Source of the DNA: Terriglobia bacterium
GTDB lineage: Bacteria > Acidobacteriota > Terriglobia > 20CM-2-55-15
Length of the DNA stretch: 64,000 bases
Direction: 5' to 3'
Assembly: GCA_965198225.1 (NCBI GenBank)
Contig: CBDAOY010000006.1
Span: 384,001-448,000 of the forward strand
Of the stretch, positions 59,040 to 64,000 are shown in pieces. The notes under the pieces are model-generated. The model made no database searches. It worked only from the letters and a program-made list of their open reading frames with translations, and was not told the origin of the DNA. The position numbers and the translations under genes are program-made. Numbering within the stretch: position 1 is the stretch's first letter; the number at the start of each line of letters is the position of its first letter.

Positions 59040-60986
59040 TCAAGGCTCGGGCTCGCGCAGTTGCCCAAGCACGCCATGATGTCCCATCTTCTCCGCCCAC
59101 GCCCGGGGTTTCGCCCAGGGCTCGGCGTTGGCCTCCACCGGGTCGGCTCCCCGCTCCAGCAGCAGCTTCACCAGCTCGAGCCGACCCCACCGGCAGGCCC
59201 AGCCCAGCGGCGTGCTCTGGAGCAGATCGTCGCGTACATCCAGCCGGGCACCCGCATCCAGGAGCAGAGTCGCGAAAGCGACAACCTCCTCTCCGGTCAC
59301 GTGAGCGCCCATCGCGGCGACCTCGTGCAGGATCGTCTGGCCACCCCGTTCGGGTCGCACGTCAGGGCCACACCGCTCCAGGATGAGACGGAAGCACGTG
59401 AGGTAGGTGCCCCGGTCCAACTTCGGGTTCGCCGTGGGTATTCGCGCTATGTGATTCCAGAAGACCAAGGGTGACCATAGGATCCGGTACCATCGCGGAT
59501 CATCGGCCGGCCAGTCGATCCCGTCGAGCGCCATACGCACGATCTCGGGATCGCCGCCGCTCGCCGCGCTGTCGAGCAGGGTCTCGGCCAGCGTCTTCCC
59601 AGGCCCTGCCGCCCCGTTGGGGAGGCGACCAGCCGCCTCCTCGGCGAGCATCTGCCGCGCCAGATCAGTGTCCCGATAGTATCCGGCGTTCGCCGCATAC
59701 ACCACGCCACCATACCGCGCCAGCAGCTGGACCATCGTCGGGTCCCGCTCGCCATACGCCCTGCCGACCGGTGTGCCCGAGGTAAACACCTGGCCGTTGG
59801 GGTCTGCCCCCCGCTCGAGCAGCATTTCGGCCATGGCAAGCTTGCCGACGCCGGCACAACTGTAGAGCGGCATGCCCCACGAGTAGCCCACCTCCTCGGT
59901 TCCGGCCAGGCGCACCCGCTCGTCCGGGTCCAGCTCGAGATCCAGCAGCAGTTCCAACATCTCGGGCCGATCGTGCTTCACTGCAATCGTGAGTAAGCCG
60001 CTGAATGGGCCGAACACATCGAAGACGGTAGCGTTGGCCAGCCTGCCTTCAGCGTGCCGCGTTCGCACCCAGGCCGCGTCGCCCAGGGCCACGGCTGAAA
60101 CGGACGTCAGCTCGGCGCCATGCCGTAGAAGAAGCCTCGCGACGGATTTGAACCGCTCCGGGCCACCGGTCTTCTTCCTCCATCCCGTTTGGGAGGCCGC
60201 CAGGCCCAGCGGCGTCCAATCGTCCTTGCCGGTCCGATTCGCGTCTGCGCCGTGCGCCAGCAGCCAGGCTACTGTGTTTTCCTGGAGCATCGCCGCCGCT
60301 CGATGGAGCGGCGTCCATCCGGCAGGGTCGCTGGCCTGGATCAGCGCTGGATCAGCCTCCATCATCGCGACTGCCCGATCTTCGTCGTCCCGCCTCATCG
60401 CTTCCTCCAGCTCTGGAACCGGGGATGCGCTCGAGTTCGAACCGCGGCGAAGCGTCTCTGCTTCGTCGATGATGGAAACGATATCGTCATAGCTGCGCTC
60501 GCGGGCCAGGCGGAGCGCGCTCGTGGCTTCGCGGTGCGGCCAGATCCCGACTCGGGCGTCTGCCCCGTGTTCCATCAAGAGCCGGGCCATCGCCGCATCG
60601 CGACGCAGAACCGCTAAGTGCAACGCCCGGTACTCCCCGTGCCCTGGCCGCTCGAGATTGACGATTTCCGGCCGCCGGCGCAGCATGTCCCCGACCGCGA
60701 GCGCATCGCCGCGCTCGACCGCATCGCAGAGCCGGCCTGCCGTCACACCATCCACGAAGGCCTTGAGCTTCGGCCAGCTCTCTAAGCCATACGACCGCGC
60801 CAGCACGAGCTGTGCGTCATGCAGGGCGAAGCTCGATGCGTCCGCTTCGTGGTAATGGGCGTTCACCTCGGCAAAGGCGTCGGCCTCACCGGCAAGGAAC
60901 GTCTTCAACAGCTCCTTCGCTTGACGCTTGAGTTGAGGGAGGTTCGGTCGTTCCGGTAGTGAGCGGGTGGGCGGGTGTCTCTTCAC
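59040..60986 (-). CDS. Cytoplasmic ankyrin-repeat protein with N-terminal LPxxPNLxQLKxQAK domain
   Basis: N-terminal LPERPNLPQLKRQAKELL...AQLVLARSYG..SWPKLK, then ankyrin repeats; AAGGAG RBS. Confidence 0.88.
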   Translation of the reverse strand: MKRHPPTRSLPERPNLPQLKRQAKELLKTFLAGEADAFAEVNAHYHEADASSFALHDAQLVLARSYGLESWPKLKAFVDGVTAGRLCDAVERGDALAVGDMLRRRPEIVNLERPGHGEYRALHLAVLRRDAAMARLLMEHGADARVGIWPHREATSALRLARERSYDDIVSIIDEAETLRRGSNSSASPVPELEEAMRRDDEDRAVAMMEADPALIQASDPAGWTPLHRAAAMLQENTVAWLLAHGADANRTGKDDWTPLGLAASQTGWRKKTGGPERFKSVARLLLRHGAELTSVSAVALGDAAWVRTRHAEGRLANATVFDVFGPFSGLLTIAVKHDRPEMLELLLDLELDPDERVRLAGTEEVGYSWGMPLYSCAGVGKLAMAEMLLERGADPNGQVFTSGTPVGRAYGERDPTMVQLLARYGGVVYAANAGYYRDTDLARQMLAEEAAGRLPNGAAGPGKTLAETLLDSAASGGDPEIVRMALDGIDWPADDPRWYRILWSPLVFWNHIARIPTANPKLDRGTYLTCFRLILERCGPDVRPERGGQTILHEVAAMGAHVTGEEVVAFATLLLDAGARLDVRDDLLQSTPLGWACRWGRLELVKLLLERGADPVEANAEPWAKPRAWAEKMGHHGVLGQLREPEP

Positions 60987-61016
60987 AATGAACTCCTTCC
61001 CCGGCTGCGCGTATCC

Positions 61017-61138
61017 CGTCAGCCATGGCGCCCGGTGCCCGCTCGCTCGGACGGAAAAGAGATCATCGAAAACAGATGTGACTCTCGCTCAGTTCAGGAG
61101 GACGCAGTCCTTCCCGCGGACACGGCGGCGCCCTGACG
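61017..61138 (-). ncRNA. Candidate structured 5' leader RNA of the ankyrin gene
   Basis: Nested pairings CGUCAG/CUGACG, GGCGCC/GGCGCC, GUGUCCGC/GCGGGCAC and inner AGGAC/GUCCU hairpin; TATAAT at 61154-61149 directly upstream. Confidence 0.5.
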
Positions 61139-61250
61139 CGCCGAGCGTATTATAAACCGCACGGGTGCATGTTGAAGCCCGTTCACCCGGCCGAATTGTC
61201 TGGACACCCTCGTTCAAGGTGTCGTGGAATCAATTCGTGGGAGGTTTCCG

Positions 61251-61439
61251 ATGGGTGGCCGCGCGCCGAGACTCGAACGACAGGGTCCTGCAAAGAATCC
61301 GGTTGAGAGACAAGACGAATCTTCGAGAGGCGCGAACGATGTCGAAGAACCAACTTCCTCGAACACCGATGTCCTCGAGATCGACGATGAGTTCGACGCC
61401 CTCGCGCTAATGCGGTGGAGCGAGGAAGGCGGCCCGTAA
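61251..61439 (+). CDS. Putative small acidic protein ending RWSEEGGP
   Basis: GGGAGG RBS 6 nt before the ATG; fills an otherwise empty intergenic gap. Confidence 0.4.
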   Translation: MGGRAPRLERQGPAKNPVERQDESSRGANDVEEPTSSNTDVLEIDDEFDALALMRWSEEGGP

Positions 61440-61507
61440 GACGCCGCCATCGGCCCGAAACGTAGCTGTCTTTCCGGACGTCCGCCCTGAACCGGCAAGA
61501 AGGACTC

Positions 61508-63106
61508 TCACTCGCGGGGCCCAGTGTCGAAATCTCGGGCCACAAGGGTGATCGCCTGACGCGCCAGGCGACGGACGTGCTTCATCTTGATCGGTGAGTG
61601 CAGGAATCGGTTCAGACCCGCCAGCAACGCATCCGCGCACGAATCTGAAACGTAAGGCAGCTCGGCCTGGACAGCGGCACTGGTCTTGAGCAGGTGCGCC
61701 GAAAAGATCGGGTCGCGGAGACCGTGGTCCAGCAGCCGGTCGCGTGCCTCGACAAAGAACGACGAAGGCTCTTCGACGCGCCACTCTTCCTGATCGATCG
61801 TTCGATCGACAAACCTGCGGTTGCGGCCCAGGAAACACGCCATCTGAACCAGTGCCTGCGGCCACAGGTGGGGATATTTCGTGCAGAGCGTGCGGGCCGC
61901 GTTGGAAAAAGTCAGGCCGTGAGTAAAGTCCAGCCATCCGATGTTCTGGCTGACAGGCCGGTCGTGGGCCGTCCCGTAACCGGTGTCGAAGTGCAGGAGG
62001 TTCAGGGCGAGGGCTTCCAGCAACGCGTCGTACACCGCCTCGTTTCCGAAGGTGCCGATGTTGTCACGGAGCCAGCCTAGAGCCTGCGACGTGGTTTTCG
62101 GAAAAGGGATATCGAGTCTGGTTCCGTCGGCGTGTTTGGTCCCAGGCCAGGGAAGGCTCTCCAGAGCCGGACCGTGGTCCTTGAACTCCGGTATCAGGTC
62201 TTCACGAGTCGCGTATCTGATGTGCCGCGCGAGTGCAGGCAACAGGAACGGGGCGGCCTCCGCTCCCAGCGATTCCAGCAACTGCCCGGTCTTCGCGACG
62301 TAGATGAGGCTGTGTCCGAAATCGTTGTAGTGCGCCAGCGCAGCGGCGGTGAACGCCTCCTCCATGTCGTTCCAGTGCAGCCCATCGGCCAACCCCCGGG
62401 ACACCATCCCTTCGGCAACATCATTCTGCTCAGACTCGATTGCTGCGCCGAAGGCCGTGGCCTCGAATGGTTCTCCGGCTGCAGCGTAGGGGTATTCGGA
62501 ATGCCGGAGTCTGTCGAACGCGAGGTGGTCGACGGCCTCCGCCAGGCAGATGAGGCGATCTTCGAATCGCCCAGGTAAGGTATCGGCTAGCGCCAGCCAG
62601 TCCGCGGTGGCCGCCATCGCGTGAGTGGTCCCGAATTCCAATCGCGCGTGCGTCCACTTCAACGCGGCCAGGACGGCATCCTTGGGATCGAGCTCATGGT
62701 AGTGGAGCCTTGCGATCTCGCGACAGATGCGGCCGAAATCACGGTCCTTGACCGCAACCTTCAACCCGCGGAGAACCTGACGCCGAATCTCGTCGGGCGG
62801 CGGATCCGAGATATCGACCCAGACGTGCCCGTCCTGCCGCCTAGTAGGGTAGCTTCGAACGTTATCCCCTCCGAGCAGACACTCCCCATCGGAGAGTCGA
62901 AACTTCCAGTTGTGCCAGTTGCAGGTTAGAACGCAATCGTCGGTGACGCTGCCCTCGGCCAGTGGGTATCCCTCATGGGGGCAGCGGTTATCGACAGCGA
63001 AAACGCGATCGTCGATCGCGAACACCGCAATCTGTCGCGGCGGATGGTTGAAGACGAAAGGCTTATCGCCGAGGTCGCTCAGGGAGACGGCTTGAGTCCA
63101 GGCCAT
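61508..63106 (-). CDS. Rieske [2Fe-2S] (NirD-like) domain fused to a large helical domain
   Basis: CPHEGYPL and CNWHNWKF ligand boxes; ~420-aa His-containing helical C-terminus. Confidence 0.85.
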   Translation of the reverse strand: MAWTQAVSLSDLGDKPFVFNHPPRQIAVFAIDDRVFAVDNRCPHEGYPLAEGSVTDDCVLTCNWHNWKFRLSDGECLLGGDNVRSYPTRRQDGHVWVDISDPPPDEIRRQVLRGLKVAVKDRDFGRICREIARLHYHELDPKDAVLAALKWTHARLEFGTTHAMAATADWLALADTLPGRFEDRLICLAEAVDHLAFDRLRHSEYPYAAAGEPFEATAFGAAIESEQNDVAEGMVSRGLADGLHWNDMEEAFTAAALAHYNDFGHSLIYVAKTGQLLESLGAEAAPFLLPALARHIRYATREDLIPEFKDHGPALESLPWPGTKHADGTRLDIPFPKTTSQALGWLRDNIGTFGNEAVYDALLEALALNLLHFDTGYGTAHDRPVSQNIGWLDFTHGLTFSNAARTLCTKYPHLWPQALVQMACFLGRNRRFVDRTIDQEEWRVEEPSSFFVEARDRLLDHGLRDPIFSAHLLKTSAAVQAELPYVSDSCADALLAGLNRFLHSPIKMKHVRRLARQAITLVARDFDTGPRE

Positions 63107-63121
63107 GTTCGTTTCCCAACG

Positions 63122-63194
63122 TTTCTAAAGTATTTCCTATAGAAACTATAGGCTAGTCTCGCCTCTTGAATTTGTAAAGTATTTTCTTTATAAA
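63122..63194. promoter_or_regulatory. Two 24-bp palindromic operator candidates
   Basis: TTTCTAAAG-N6-CTATAGAAA (63122-63145) and TTTGTAAAG-N6-CTTTATAAA (63171-63194). Confidence 0.7.
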
Positions 63195-63200
63195 CAAAGC

Positions 63201-63866
63201 GTGCCCGTGCCTGCCAAGTCTCAAACGCGCCGAGAGATCCTGAAGTGGCTCAAACACAAAGGTCCCCAGGACGCGACCGCTCTGGCCGATCGCCTGGACG
63301 TTTCGGCCATGGCGGTGAGGCAACATCTGTACGCCCTGCACCAAGAGCAGCTCGTAGAGAGCGAGCCGCAGCCACGGCCCGTCGGGAGGCCGGCGAAACT
63401 CTGGAAACTGACGGCCGAAGCCGAGGGTTTCTTTCCCGACGGACATTCGGATCTGACCCTCGATCTCCTCGCGGGCCTGCGCCAGGCCTTCGGCAACGAA
63501 GGTATAACGAAACTGCTGGAAGTCCGTGCCCGCCGGCAGGCGTCTGCCTATCGCGAACGGATACCACAGCGGGGTGCATTGCGAAAACGACTGGAAGCCC
63601 TGGCCCGGGTCCGAACGGGCGAGGGCTACATGGCCGAAGTCGTCGCCGAACGCGACGGCTCGTTCCTGTTCGTGGAAAATCACTGCTCCATCTGTGCCGC
63701 CGCTACGGCGTGCAGCGGATTGTGCGCCGGCGAACTGGACGTATTTCGCGCTGTGCTGGGCCCGGAAACCCGGATCGAGCGCGACGAGCATATCCTCGCC
63801 GGTGATCGGAGGTGCACATACCGGGTCCGACCGACCGGAAGGCGATCGCGGGCGAAGAGCTCCTGA
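63201..63866 (+). CDS. SufR-like HTH transcriptional regulator with Cys cluster
   Basis: LADRLDVSAMAVRQHL HTH, GRPAKLW, ENHCSICAAATACSGLC..E, RCTY. Confidence 0.88.
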   Translation: MPVPAKSQTRREILKWLKHKGPQDATALADRLDVSAMAVRQHLYALHQEQLVESEPQPRPVGRPAKLWKLTAEAEGFFPDGHSDLTLDLLAGLRQAFGNEGITKLLEVRARRQASAYRERIPQRGALRKRLEALARVRTGEGYMAEVVAERDGSFLFVENHCSICAAATACSGLCAGELDVFRAVLGPETRIERDEHILAGDRRCTYRVRPTGRRSRAKSS

Positions 63867-64000
63867 AGCCGGAGCCATCCCGACTCGAAATCCGCGTCAC
63901 CCATATTCACTGCCGGTTCGGCTTCTACTATAATGATGGTGCTGTGAAGGAAGGTAGTATCTTAGGTATCTTGAAACTTCTGATGGGCATCGTGCTTCGC

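Noticed and set aside
1-64000. tRNA, rRNA or known riboswitch
   Set aside because: No cloverleaf, rRNA-like sequence or recognisable aptamer was seen by eye; a covariance-model scan was not possible.

Overview
GC-rich bacterial chromosomal window. The gene content (Oar/CarboxypepD_reg-type TonB-dependent receptors, DUF1592/DUF1552 cluster, DUF5916, Gly-Arg-rich secreted proteins) suggests Acidobacteriota; this is inference. The left third is housekeeping: lysC, gltBD with a divergent LysR, HU, dcd, ubiX, Mrp+DUF971, leuB and a hybrid kinase. Two convergent paralogous TonB-dependent receptor genes (19.3-22.5 kb and 30.4-33.6 kb) enclose a ~7.3 kb nested mobile-element pile: a truncated IS5, a captured gene fragment, a 3'-truncated group II intron, a second group II intron inserted inside it, and an intact RIT (three tyrosine recombinases) inserted into the first intron's 5' domain. 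At 34-44.5 kb is a minus-strand cluster of exported proteins. It includes an Ig-repeat protein ending in a magnetochrome-like heme motif (PH-x5-CxxCH) upstream of a Tat-exported alkaline-phosphatase-superfamily-like protein, which is the best candidate for an undescribed system. The right part holds murB, a cytochrome c'-like gene, transporters, an ECF sigma/anti-sigma locus, an ankyrin gene with a structured 5' leader, and a Rieske protein divergent from a SufR-like regulator. GTAG-type REP/REPIN elements occur at ten loci, and two of them carry a ~195-bp MITE-like insert that itself contains a REPIN. All calls come from reading the sequence; no searches were run.
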